A stretch of 64,000 bases of DNA. Origin: a virus. Both the position numbers and the translations under genes were made by a program. The notes under the pieces are model-generated. The model was not told the DNA's origin and ran no database searches. It saw nothing but the letters and a program-made list of their open reading frames with translations. This document shows, in pieces, positions 1 through 8,030 of this stretch. Numbering within the stretch: position 1 is the stretch's first letter; the number at the start of each line of letters is the position of its first letter. The stretch lies in the IMG/VR virus record IMGVR_UViG_3300049044_000138; one strand, given 5' to 3'.

Positions 1-3000
1 CCGCCGACTGATATTTTTCCTGATCGATCGACTCGCCCCGGGCGATCTGCCCCAGAAACGGATCAAGCACTGCCCGCGCATTGGCTTCCTGGTCGCGTAG
101 AGACAGCGGCGAGCCCGACCCGGCGTTCAGGGACTGAAGAAATTCCTTCAGCGCTTGGCTGGCGCTCCCGGCGTTTTCCTTCGCTTCGGCCAGCTCCAGA
201 TTGTAGAGCTTTTGCGCGTCGGCCATTTGCTCGGCGGTTGCGCCACCTTCACGCAGCGCTTCGACGATCTTCTTGAAGCGGTCGTTCACCTCATCGATCG
301 CGTAGCCCACGGGATCGAGACGCTTTTGCAGTTCCTTCGGCACGGACTCGACCAGCAGCGCCTTTTCCAGCGCCTTCTGCAGATCCTGCCCCGACTTTAA
401 GATATTGATCGACGCTTGGCTGATCCCGGTGATCACGCCGCCCTCGATCGACTTCTGGATGGCGAAGGCTACGGCATCTTCCGCGCCATTCTTGCCGAAG
501 TCATAGAGCCCTTCCGCGCTCTTGCCGCTAAAGTTCAGCTTGCCGGTATAGCCGGTCGTCGAGACGCGATATTTGTCCTTATAGGTGCCGATGGTGATGT
601 TCGGCACGCCCGTAATCTCGGCCCCCAGCTGATCGGCGATATCCTCGATCCCGTTGATGACATGACCGGCGGCACCCTTCGCGGCGGCCTTCTGCGCAGA
701 TCCGCGACCGCTGGTGACATTGGCCGTCAGTTCGCCATATTGGTTCATGCTGATCGCGGCGGTGCCGTATTTCGGCTTGCTCAGCAGGCCGCCGAGCAGA
801 GATCCCGCCATACCGCCGATGATGCCCGCGATCGGCCCGCCCAATCCGGCCAGCTTGGAGGATATCGCGCCCAGACCCTTGCCCACGGCATCGCCCAGCA
901 ACTCTTTGCCCACGGCACCGCCCAGGGCACCGCCCAGCGAACTTTGCTTGCCGCCGAACACGGTGCCCGCCAGCGAGGAGCCCGCGACCCCCAGCGACGC
1001 CCCCTGCAGGATATCGCCAAATTTCTTGCCGATCGCGTCGGGAATATCGATCCCGAACGATTTCAGCCGCGCGACAATGGACTGGCCTATGAAGTTATAG
1101 GCGTCCGTCGCGCCGATCAGCGCCTTCGTGTTGTCGTTCGCCGCGTCGGCCTGCTTCCGCGCCGTTACGACGATCTCCGCTTCGGCGCTGCTGGAGCCGG
1201 TGACGACGTCGGATTGCTCGGCCTTTAGATCGGCCAGGAAGCCGTCATCCTTGAACAGGGCGGCCATGCTGCCAGCCAGGTTCGTCGTGGCACCGCCAGC
1301 GGCGACAATCCGGCCGCTGCCGATATCACCGCGCACCTGCGCCACCACATCGGCGAAGGACTTCAGCTCATTCCCGGCAACGGTCGTCTGCGACGACAGG
1401 AACTGATTCGCCTGCTCGACGCCGGTTCGGCCAGTCACGAAATCCTCGATCTTCCGGTCGAGGCCGCCGAAGATGCCTTCGGAGATGATGCGAGCCTGCA
1501 GGGACTTGAAGCTGGCCAGCAGATTACTGCCAAATTCCTTCACCGTGCCACCGCTCAGCAGCCGTTCGGTCGCGCTCTGGACATCGCCGATCGCTTGCAC
1601 ATAAAGGCCCACCTGCCGCCGCTGATCCTCGATCGCGCGCGAGCGGGCTTCGTCGGCCTTGGCGATCTCCAGCACTTTCGCCAGCTGCTGCTCATTGAGC
1701 GGCCCCATCTGGCGCTCAAGCGCCAGCACCTGCTGCAGCGCGTCAGCTTCGGCATAACGGCCCTGGACGACCAACGCGTCGATCTGCTCGCGCTCGCGGG
1801 CGCGGTCGACCAGGTCGCGCAAAGGACGATCGAGCGATTCGCGCACAACGATCTTCGCCTGCTCGGCTGATTTAATGGTCTCTTCGAAGTTCGGCGGCCG
1901 ACGGCGGCTGAGATCGTCGATAATGTCGTCGAGATCCCGAACAGCCTTCTCGACCTGTTGGACCCGTGAGGCATCGCCACCAAAACGTGAAGCGATGTCC
2001 GCAATCCTGTCGGCAGAATCGCGGCCGAACTCATCACGCGCGGCGATCGCCCGGCTGTTGTCTTTCGGCTTGTTCGTCTTTGGACGCAGCAGCAGCGCGC
2101 GATCGGCGGCAGTGCCCGCGCCTTTCAGAAGCCGCTCCGTCCCCTCATACTCCTTCAGGTTGCGGAGTTCGGTGCCAAGCGCAGTCACAGAGGCGGCAGC
2201 GGACGCGAATGCCTCATCCGTCAGAGCGCCAGCCTTCCGGAGGCTATCCAACCGCTCAACGGCCGTGGCGGCGTCCAGTTCACCTGAAAGCACCTGCTGG
2301 GAAATCACGCCGCGCGCGCCGGCATCCTTGCGCGTGACGGAAAAGCCGCCGCCCATGCCCCCCGAAAATTCGGTGGTGGGCGACTGGAGGGCAAGGATTT
2401 CGCTTCGCGCAGTGTCAGCGCGGGTGCGGGCTTGGATAGCCGCAACCTTGGCCTGCGCAATTGCCAGGGCAATCAGCTCCTTCGATTGCTCGCGGATCTT
2501 GCCAGTCGTCAGATCCATGACAGAGCCCAGGATATTCTGAGCGCTGCCCAACTGGTCCGAAGCGAACTTCGTCTTGTCGAGGGCGTCGGAGGTATCCTCC
2601 AGCTTCTCGTAGAACATGCCCAGGACAATGCCGGCCGTGGTCAACGCCGCCACCCAGGGATTGGTCAGGAAACGGCCCACGGCACCTGCCTTGCCGCTCA
2701 TGTCGGATAGTGCGCCGCCGACTTGGCCTATCTGCTGGCCGAAGATGACGAACAGGCTACCACCGCTCGCCAGCGACGCGCCCACGTCCGAAAGCTGGAA
2801 TCCGAGGTTTCGCATCGCCAGCTGATTGTTGCGCGCGGAGTGATCGAGCCGGCTCTGCTGGTCCGTCAGCTGCTTCGTTCTGCTGCTGGTTTGGTTCAGT
2901 TCGCTCTGCAGACGATCGAGTGCGACAGCCTGGTTATTCAGGCTGCGCACATTCTCTTCTGCCTCGCGCGCAGCCGCCTCAGCTGCTGCCACATAGAGCC

Positions 3001-3337
3001 GAGTTTCGGCCGTCGTGTCGCCTGTCGAAGTTGCAGCCTGTCGCGCGGCCGTTGCGATCTCGCGCAATGCCTGCGCCTCATTCTGCGCAGCAGCTGCCGC
3101 CGCCTTGATCGAGGAGCTATCGAGATTTAGCGCGCCCGTATCGGTGCGCGGCAGATCGAGCGCGCGCTTCGCCATGGCCTGCACTTCCGCGAAACTGGCA
3201 TCGAAGGAAGACTTCATGCGCGCGGCCGTGTCGGAGGCCCGCTTTTCCATCTCACCAAACGCCCGCGCATTTTCAGCGGAGAAGGACTCGGCATTCAGCG
3301 CGAGGCGGGCAACGATGTCCGACGAACGACTAGCCAT
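1..3337 (-). CDS. Tail tape measure protein, 5' part (continues beyond the window start)
   Basis: Same sequence as the 5' part of 39037..42681; likely ATG at 3337 after a GAGG RBS. Confidence 0.9.
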   Translation of the reverse strand, partial: MASRSSDIVARLALNAESFSAENARAFGEMEKRASDTAARMKSSFDASFAEVQAMAKRALDLPRTDTGALNLDSSSIKAAAAAAQNEAQALREIATAARQAATSTGDTTAETRLYVAAAEAAAREAEENVRSLNNQAVALDRLQSELNQTSSRTKQLTDQQSRLDHSARNNQLAMRNLGFQLSDVGASLASGGSLFVIFGQQIGQVGGALSDMSGKAGAVGRFLTNPWVAALTTAGIVLGMFYEKLEDTSDALDKTKFASDQLGSAQNILGSVMDLTTGKIREQSKELIALAIAQAKVAAIQARTRADTARSEILALQSPTTEFSGGMGGGFSVTRKDAGARGVISQQVLSGELDAATAVERLDSLRKAGALTDEAFASAAASVTALGTELRNLKEYEGTERLLKGAGTAADRALLLRPKTNKPKDNSRAIAARDEFGRDSADRIADIASRFGGDASRVQQVEKAVRDLDDIIDDLSRRRPPNFEETIKSAEQAKIVVRESLDRPLRDLVDRAREREQIDALVVQGRYAEADALQQVLALERQMGPLNEQQLAKVLEIAKADEARSRAIEDQRRQVGLYVQAIGDVQSATERLLSGGTVKEFGSNLLASFKSLQARIISEGIFGGLDRKIEDFVTGRTGVEQANQFLSSQTTVAGNELKSFADVVAQVRGDIGSGRIVAAGGATTNLAGSMAALFKDDGFLADLKAEQSDVVTGSSSAEAEIVVTARKQADAANDNTKALIGATDAYNFIGQSIVARLKSFGIDIPDAIGKKFGDILQGASLGVAGSSLAGTVFGGKQSSLGGALGGAVGKELLGDAVGKGLGAISSKLAGLGGPIAGIIGGMAGSLLGGLLSKPKYGTAAISMNQYGELTANVTSGRGSAQKAAAKGAAGHVINGIEDIADQLGAEITGVPNITIGTYKDKYRVSTTGYTGKLNFSGKSAEGLYDFGKNGAEDAVAFAIQKSIEGGVITGISQASINILKSGQDLQKALEKALLVESVPKELQKRLDPVGYAIDEVNDRFKKIVEALREGGATAEQMADAQKLYNLELAEAKENAGSASQALKEFLQSLNAGSGSPLSLRDQEANARAVLDPFLGQIARGESIDQEKYQSA

Positions 3338-3349
3338 TCTGATCCTCAC

Positions 3350-3379
3350 AAAAAAGGGCTGCGCATCACCTGCCAGCCC
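3350..3379 (-). terminator. Putative intrinsic terminator just upstream of the tape measure gene
   Basis: GGGCTG(C)GCA-TCACC-TGC-CAGCCC hairpin followed by T6 on the minus strand. Confidence 0.5.
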
Positions 3380-3449
3380 GCAAACTTCAGATTGGCCGGT
3401 TCGCGGCCTGGACTCGACTCATCCGCAAAAAAGCTTCTATCCAGCGTGG

Positions 3450-3953
3450 ATGAACGCCATCGCTCGCGCCGCAGCCGCGCTAATCTGCCTTGCATCGACC
3501 AGCGCGATCGCTGGCCCGGTTGCGGAAACCCTGCAGCATCTTAAGCAAGTCGTCGCAGCAGAGACCGTGGACCCAACTGCGCGTATATTTGACGCGTCCT
3601 TCCGATCGGAAGCATCCAAATCCGGCACCATCTATTGGCTGTGCGGCAAGGTCATCGCTCATGGCAAACCACCCCGAGCCTTCATCGCAACCTTAAATCC
3701 AGATGACGCCGAGCTTTTCCCATTTCCGGAAGTAACCGCCGCTGCATCCGATCAGGTCGGAAGTCAGTGCCGCGACGGCTTTACAAAATACTCCAGAGGC
3801 GACGATGTCGATAAACAACAGCTTCAACAAATATGCGCCCGAGCTAAATATCTTTCTACAGCTAGGGTGCAGCAGACCACGTTTGACTTGAAATTCATGT
3901 CTGAGTGTAAGTTCCGGGGGACTGAGCACCCGTTTGCAGCATTCGATGAATAA
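3450..3953 (+). CDS. Secreted/periplasmic hypothetical protein (moron), 167 aa
   Basis: ATG at 3450; Sec-type signal MNAIARAAAALICLASTSAIA; opposite strand to the tail operon; AT-richer 3' half. Confidence 0.75.
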   Translation: MNAIARAAAALICLASTSAIAGPVAETLQHLKQVVAAETVDPTARIFDASFRSEASKSGTIYWLCGKVIAHGKPPRAFIATLNPDDAELFPFPEVTAAASDQVGSQCRDGFTKYSRGDDVDKQQLQQICARAKYLSTARVQQTTFDLKFMSECKFRGTEHPFAAFDE

Positions 3954-3956
3954 GCC

Positions 3957-4631
3957 CTAGCTGCTGGAAAGCCGCTGAGCGACAATACTCCCAAGCTTCG
4001 CCCCTGCAGCGTCGATCACCGGCTGCAGAGCGACACGATTGGCAAAGGCCACGCTCGGGATCAGCACGAAGATCGGCGTCGTGGTGGCACCACGCAGAAA
4101 GCCGCGCCGCTCATCCGCCTGCGTCCGCTTGCGGGTGATCGGCCTGAAGGTGCCCGTCCGTCCGTTCAAGGTGCCTTCGTCGGCGACCAGCAGCGACGCG
4201 CGACCAGGCCGATAGACGAAGCGGAGGCGAATGCCCGTGCGCCGTTCCCATTCCCCCGGCGTGAGGTTGCGGTTGCGCCCGCGAGAACCCGCTGCCGGCA
4301 ACGGGATGGCGAGATAGAAGCCATCCTTGCCGGCAATGCGCCCCGGCCTGGTGAAGAACTCGAAGGCACCCTTCGTGCGCGACCCGCCGTTCAGGTAGAT
4401 CTCGCCCGCCGGGTTTCTGGCGATGCCACTGCGCGGATAGACCGCGGATTTTAGCGCTCGCCAGAGGCCGCCAGGGACGGCGCTTCGCACCAGCTGCTCC
4501 AGATCCTGCTCTAGCTCGCGCGTGGTGACGCGAACCGCATCAGATCCCGCGCGAAGCATGCGCCGCGCCGCATCGTCCCGGGCAGACCGGATCGATGCGG
4601 TGTCGACGCCAAATCGGACGCTATCGGCCAT
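3957..4631 (-). CDS. Tail completion-like protein (DUF6441-like)
   Basis: ATG at 4631 overlaps the upstream stop; basic protein with LAIPLPAAG and PIFVLIPSV motifs; tail-operon position. Confidence 0.6.
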   Translation of the reverse strand: MADSVRFGVDTASIRSARDDAARRMLRAGSDAVRVTTRELEQDLEQLVRSAVPGGLWRALKSAVYPRSGIARNPAGEIYLNGGSRTKGAFEFFTRPGRIAGKDGFYLAIPLPAAGSRGRNRNLTPGEWERRTGIRLRFVYRPGRASLLVADEGTLNGRTGTFRPITRKRTQADERRGFLRGATTTPIFVLIPSVAFANRVALQPVIDAAGAKLGSIVAQRLSSS

Positions 4632-4905
4632 CCTTGCCTCGCGAAAGTCGATCCAGGGTGGCAAATGCGTCCATCAGCGCGGCGGGCTGGTCTCCCGGCC
4701 CGCCGGCGCTGGGCAGGGCCGCCCCCCCGAACGGCCCCGCGTAACGCTGCGTCATGAACCAGAGGTCGACGACGCCCCAGATCCAGCTTGGGAGTTCAAG
4801 GCGGGGATTGCCGGGCCATCGTTCGCCGTCGATGTCCCATCCGCCCTCGACGTGTCGCTCGACGAAGTCGAGGGGTCGGCGTCGGACTGCGAGGGCTGCT
4901 GAAAA
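4621..4905 (-). CDS. Tail assembly chaperone GT extension (-1 frame, no start of its own)
   Basis: Open -1 frame FSAALAVRRR...PSAGGPGDQPAALMDAF...GR* overlaps the chaperone 3' end; GGxxDQPA motif typical of gpT-like extensions. Confidence 0.7.
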   Translation of the reverse strand, partial: FSAALAVRRRPLDFVERHVEGGWDIDGERWPGNPRLELPSWIWGVVDLWFMTQRYAGPFGGAALPSAGGPGDQPAALMDAFATLDRLSRGKDGR

Positions 4906-5462
4906 GTCCGGTCATCCGTCGCGCCATAGACCAGGCCATAGCCGAAGTTTCCGGCACCGATCATTTCCATGGGATCGATCGCCGCCAGCACGGCCTCCGG
5001 AATCTGCCGATCCTTGCCGAGCGACCATTGTGCATCGACATTTTCCCAACCAATGCAGAAGCGGCGAAACACGACGATCGGCGCGATCTCCTTTCGCCGT
5101 TCCTGCTGTGCGACCAGCTCGCGATATTCCGGCCAGTGCTGCGCCAGCACGGCCCGGGCCTGGATCAGCGCCTGCCGATCACTGGGCGAAAGCTTTTCGC
5201 CGCGCGACTCGGTTTCGACCAGATCCAGGAGTGTGTCGATTTCCGGGTCGTCAGCCAGAAGCGCCTGCAGGCCGTTGCGGAAGGCTGAGATCAGCTCGAA
5301 CGGAAAGACGCGGCCAGCGGCGAAGGTGCCCGAAAGCTCCGCCTCCATCTGGGCGCGCTCGACAACGCCGGCAGCGCGGAAGAAGTAGCGCGGTGCCGCT
5401 TCCTCATCCTTGCGCCAGCTGGGCACATAGGCGTGCCCGGTGGTGGTGTCTGTTGAGATCAT
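4752..5462 (-). CDS. Tail assembly chaperone (gpG-like)
   Basis: Directly after the major tail gene; FCIGWENV motif; Ser/Thr-rich C-terminus overlapping a second frame. Confidence 0.75.
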   Translation of the reverse strand: MISTDTTTGHAYVPSWRKDEEAAPRYFFRAAGVVERAQMEAELSGTFAAGRVFPFELISAFRNGLQALLADDPEIDTLLDLVETESRGEKLSPSDRQALIQARAVLAQHWPEYRELVAQQERRKEIAPIVVFRRFCIGWENVDAQWSLGKDRQIPEAVLAAIDPMEMIGAGNFGYGLVYGATDDRTFQQPSQSDADPSTSSSDTSRADGTSTANDGPAIPALNSQAGSGASSTSGS

Positions 5463-5469
5463 GTTCGCC

Positions 5470-6705
5470 TCAGGAGAAGGTCAGGATGCGATCGCCGTCG
5501 CGGCTATTGGCATCCTTGCCGGGATTGAGCGCCTGCCAGCGCGTCGTTTCCGCGCGGAACGATCCGCGATCGGTCGGTGACGCCTCGATCGGCTGTGCTT
5601 TCGGCCCCAGCAGCGAGACGCGGTTGCCGGCGACGTTGCCGAACTGCAGCGCGATCGGATAGTTTGCGAAGGCGGCTATTTCCGACAGTGTGTCGCGGGT
5701 CGTGACCAGCGTCATCAGCGGATCGGCTTCGAAGATCGTGGCGCGGCCGCCAATCTCGCCGCCAGCATAGCCGTAAGCTGTGTTTGGATCTTCGGGTGCT
5801 TCGACGTTGCCGCCGTTCGTCCAGGACCAGCGGCTGATCGGAAGGCCCTTGCGGTTGACCTGCATTGCGGGCGGGAGGCCGGAGCCCTGCACCAGCAGCG
5901 GCGCGGAGTGATTTGCGATCACCGCATTGGTAGGAACGGCGACGGCCGTCTTGCCCATGTAAACGCCGGTGAAGGAGAATGCGCCGAAGCCCGGGCGCGC
6001 CGTGTTGCCATCAAAATCGACGGTGCCGTGGCAGTCGATCCACTGCTGCAGGTTGCCATCTTCATACCAATAGATGGTCGCGTAGGGGTGATCGGTAGCA
6101 CGGGCGGAAACGTCCGCCGGCGACGTGCCAGCATAGGACCAGTTCGCCGGCATGGCTGCCGAGGTGGATGTATCGAGCGCGGAGCCGTAAAGATCGCTCA
6201 GCGTTGCCACCTTGCCGGACGTATAATCGGTGATCAGCGGCATGCGGCCTGCACCGACGCCGCCGGTGAGAACCAGCGGCAGACCGCGATAGGCCTGCGC
6301 GGTGGTGCTAAAACCTGTGCCGAGCGTCGCACTGGTCGTAGTGCCGGCGGTCAGGGCGGCAGCGGCGATCGCCGCCGTGAAAAGCCCCCGCATGCCGCAT
6401 GCCTGCAGAGGCGCATGCAGCGGCGGCTTCACCGACGACGTGTAGGTGACACCAGCCCCAGCGCCCTTCAGGCGGCTGCGAAAGCCGAAGGTGGCAGGCT
6501 GGCCGACGACCAGCGGCGCGGCCGCGACCAGCGAACCATTCGCTTCGTTCGAGGCTTCCGTCTGATAGGGGCTGTTGTAGGTGATGCTGCCATCCTCGAA
6601 GGGAATGGCGTCGGTCGCAGCCGACGGGCTTGCGGCAACGCCTTGGGCAGACTGCAGCGCAATCAGCAGGACGCCGTTGCGCGGCCGAATTACCGGATCG
6701 GACAT
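5470..6705 (-). CDS. Major tail (tube) protein, 411 aa
   Basis: Position between the tail terminator and the chaperone; N-terminal LLIALQSAQG...DAIP motif; beta-rich composition. Confidence 0.75.
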   Translation of the reverse strand: MSDPVIRPRNGVLLIALQSAQGVAASPSAATDAIPFEDGSITYNSPYQTEASNEANGSLVAAAPLVVGQPATFGFRSRLKGAGAGVTYTSSVKPPLHAPLQACGMRGLFTAAIAAAALTAGTTTSATLGTGFSTTAQAYRGLPLVLTGGVGAGRMPLITDYTSGKVATLSDLYGSALDTSTSAAMPANWSYAGTSPADVSARATDHPYATIYWYEDGNLQQWIDCHGTVDFDGNTARPGFGAFSFTGVYMGKTAVAVPTNAVIANHSAPLLVQGSGLPPAMQVNRKGLPISRWSWTNGGNVEAPEDPNTAYGYAGGEIGGRATIFEADPLMTLVTTRDTLSEIAAFANYPIALQFGNVAGNRVSLLGPKAQPIEASPTDRGSFRAETTRWQALNPGKDANSRDGDRILTFS

Positions 6706-6722
6706 TTTTTACTCCTCTTGTG

Positions 6723-7151
6723 TCAGGCCGGCAGCGCCGGATTTTCTCGGGCAGTGGAAAACTGGATGATGATGTCGAGGCCGAAGCCGAGACGGCGGAC
6801 AGAGGCGAGTTCAGCCACGCTCACGCGCAGCCCGCCTTCGTTGATTTCGTCGACCAGGCCATCCAACGGAGGCTCGGAAAGGAGGGCGGCGACCGTCTGC
6901 GCGTGAAGGTCGTTCAGCGCGACATGCGCCTCGACGCCGTCAGCCTGCTCCACGAAGCCTTCGATCGTCACGGTGAGTTCGTGCCGCGTGTATCCAGCGC
7001 CCCGCTCGATCGGCTCCTGGACGCCATCAAAGATGCCGAGCGCCGGAAAAATGTCTGGATCACCCGCCGGCAGACGCTCGACCTGGACGCCGCCAATCGC
7101 GTTCAGCCGCGTCTCGATCTCGGCGAATATGCTTTCGCGGACGCTGGTCAT
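6723..7151 (-). CDS. Tail terminator (gpU-like)
   Basis: MTSVRESIFAEIETRL start with ATGA overlap; synteny. Confidence 0.65.
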   Translation of the reverse strand: MTSVRESIFAEIETRLNAIGGVQVERLPAGDPDIFPALGIFDGVQEPIERGAGYTRHELTVTIEGFVEQADGVEAHVALNDLHAQTVAALLSEPPLDGLVDEINEGGLRVSVAELASVRRLGFGLDIIIQFSTARENPALPA

Positions 7152-7450
7152 TCCTGCACCACCAGCCACCAGGCGGCGATATCGTCGCGGCGGGTCCTGT
7201 CGATCACCTTCCGCTCGACACCGTCGGAAAGGATCAGGTCACCTTTGCGCGGTTCGCTGGGCAGGTCGGCCTGCGCGATCTCGAAGCAGATCTTGCGCAG
7301 CGTCGATCCGGCACCCTGAAATGTTGGAGCGCCATCTTCCATGCGGACAGCGGGGATGCCCTGCGCCGTCAGGCCGGCACCGGTATAGATGACGGTTTCG
7401 GAAAAGGCCGCACGGATGTCGGCCAGCGCGGCCTCTTCGTCAGGGCGCAT
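7148..7450 (-). CDS. Head-tail joining protein (gpFII-like)
   Basis: 100 aa; FEIAQADLPSEPRKGDLI motif; synteny. Confidence 0.65.
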   Translation of the reverse strand: MRPDEEAALADIRAAFSETVIYTGAGLTAQGIPAVRMEDGAPTFQGAGSTLRKICFEIAQADLPSEPRKGDLILSDGVERKVIDRTRRDDIAAWWLVVQE

Positions 7451-7453
7451 CGA

Positions 7454-7654
7454 TCAGGCCTTGGCCTTCGATGCGCGGGTGGACGCTTCCGGCAACCAGG
7501 CCGCGCTGTCATTGTTGACCAGCTCGGCCGCTCTGGTTTCGCCCAGATCGGTTTCGGTGTCGTCATCGGCACCGACCGTCAGCGTCGAGCCCGCGTCACG
7601 ATAACCGCCGCGCCGATCGAGCGAGGCGGAATGCAAAATGATAGAGCGCGTCAT
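7454..7654 (-). CDS. Small hypothetical virion-associated protein
   Basis: 66 aa with GGAGG RBS, between the capsid and head-closure genes. Confidence 0.6.
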   Translation of the reverse strand: MTRSIILHSASLDRRGGYRDAGSTLTVGADDDTETDLGETRAAELVNNDSAAWLPEASTRASKAKA

Positions 7655-7738
7655 TTACGCCTCCCTTCGTTCATGTGGAAAGGGCGCCGGTGACCGATGC
7701 CACCAGCGCCCCCGCAGAAGCCGTATCCAAACGGCGGA

Positions 7739-7954
7739 TTATTTTTTTTTGCCGCCTTCGCCTTCGCCGTCGCCGGCGTCGCCTTCGTCAGGCGCTATGC
7801 TGGCCGCAGCGGTCTTCCTTGGGCCGATCCAGCCCGACCGCTCCGCGATCGCCAGCTGTTCGGCGTCGACGCCCTTGATTTCGTCATTCTCTGCAAAGTG
7901 CTTGCCAGCGATCGCGACATTCCTCTGCGCAAAAAGCTTTGTCTTCGTCCCCAT
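7739..7954 (-). CDS. Small hypothetical virion-associated protein
   Basis: 71 aa with GAGG RBS, first gene after the capsid gene. Confidence 0.6.
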   Translation of the reverse strand: MGTKTKLFAQRNVAIAGKHFAENDEIKGVDAEQLAIAERSGWIGPRKTAAASIAPDEGDAGDGEGEGGKKK

Positions 7955-8030
7955 TTGTCAGCCTCACTAGAAAGGGAACCGTGAGCCACATCAGTAGCCC
8001 ACGGCTCAAGATGAAGGATTGGCCGCCGGA

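Noticed and set aside
880-945. Short direct repeats (TTGCCCACGGCA.CGCCCAG) in the tape measure gene
   Set aside because: They simply encode Gly/Ala-rich peptide repeats typical of TMPs.
7742-7750. T9 homopolymer as a phase-variation site
   Set aside because: It encodes the terminal KKK of a small ORF, has the same length in both copies, and slippage would change only the extreme C-terminus.
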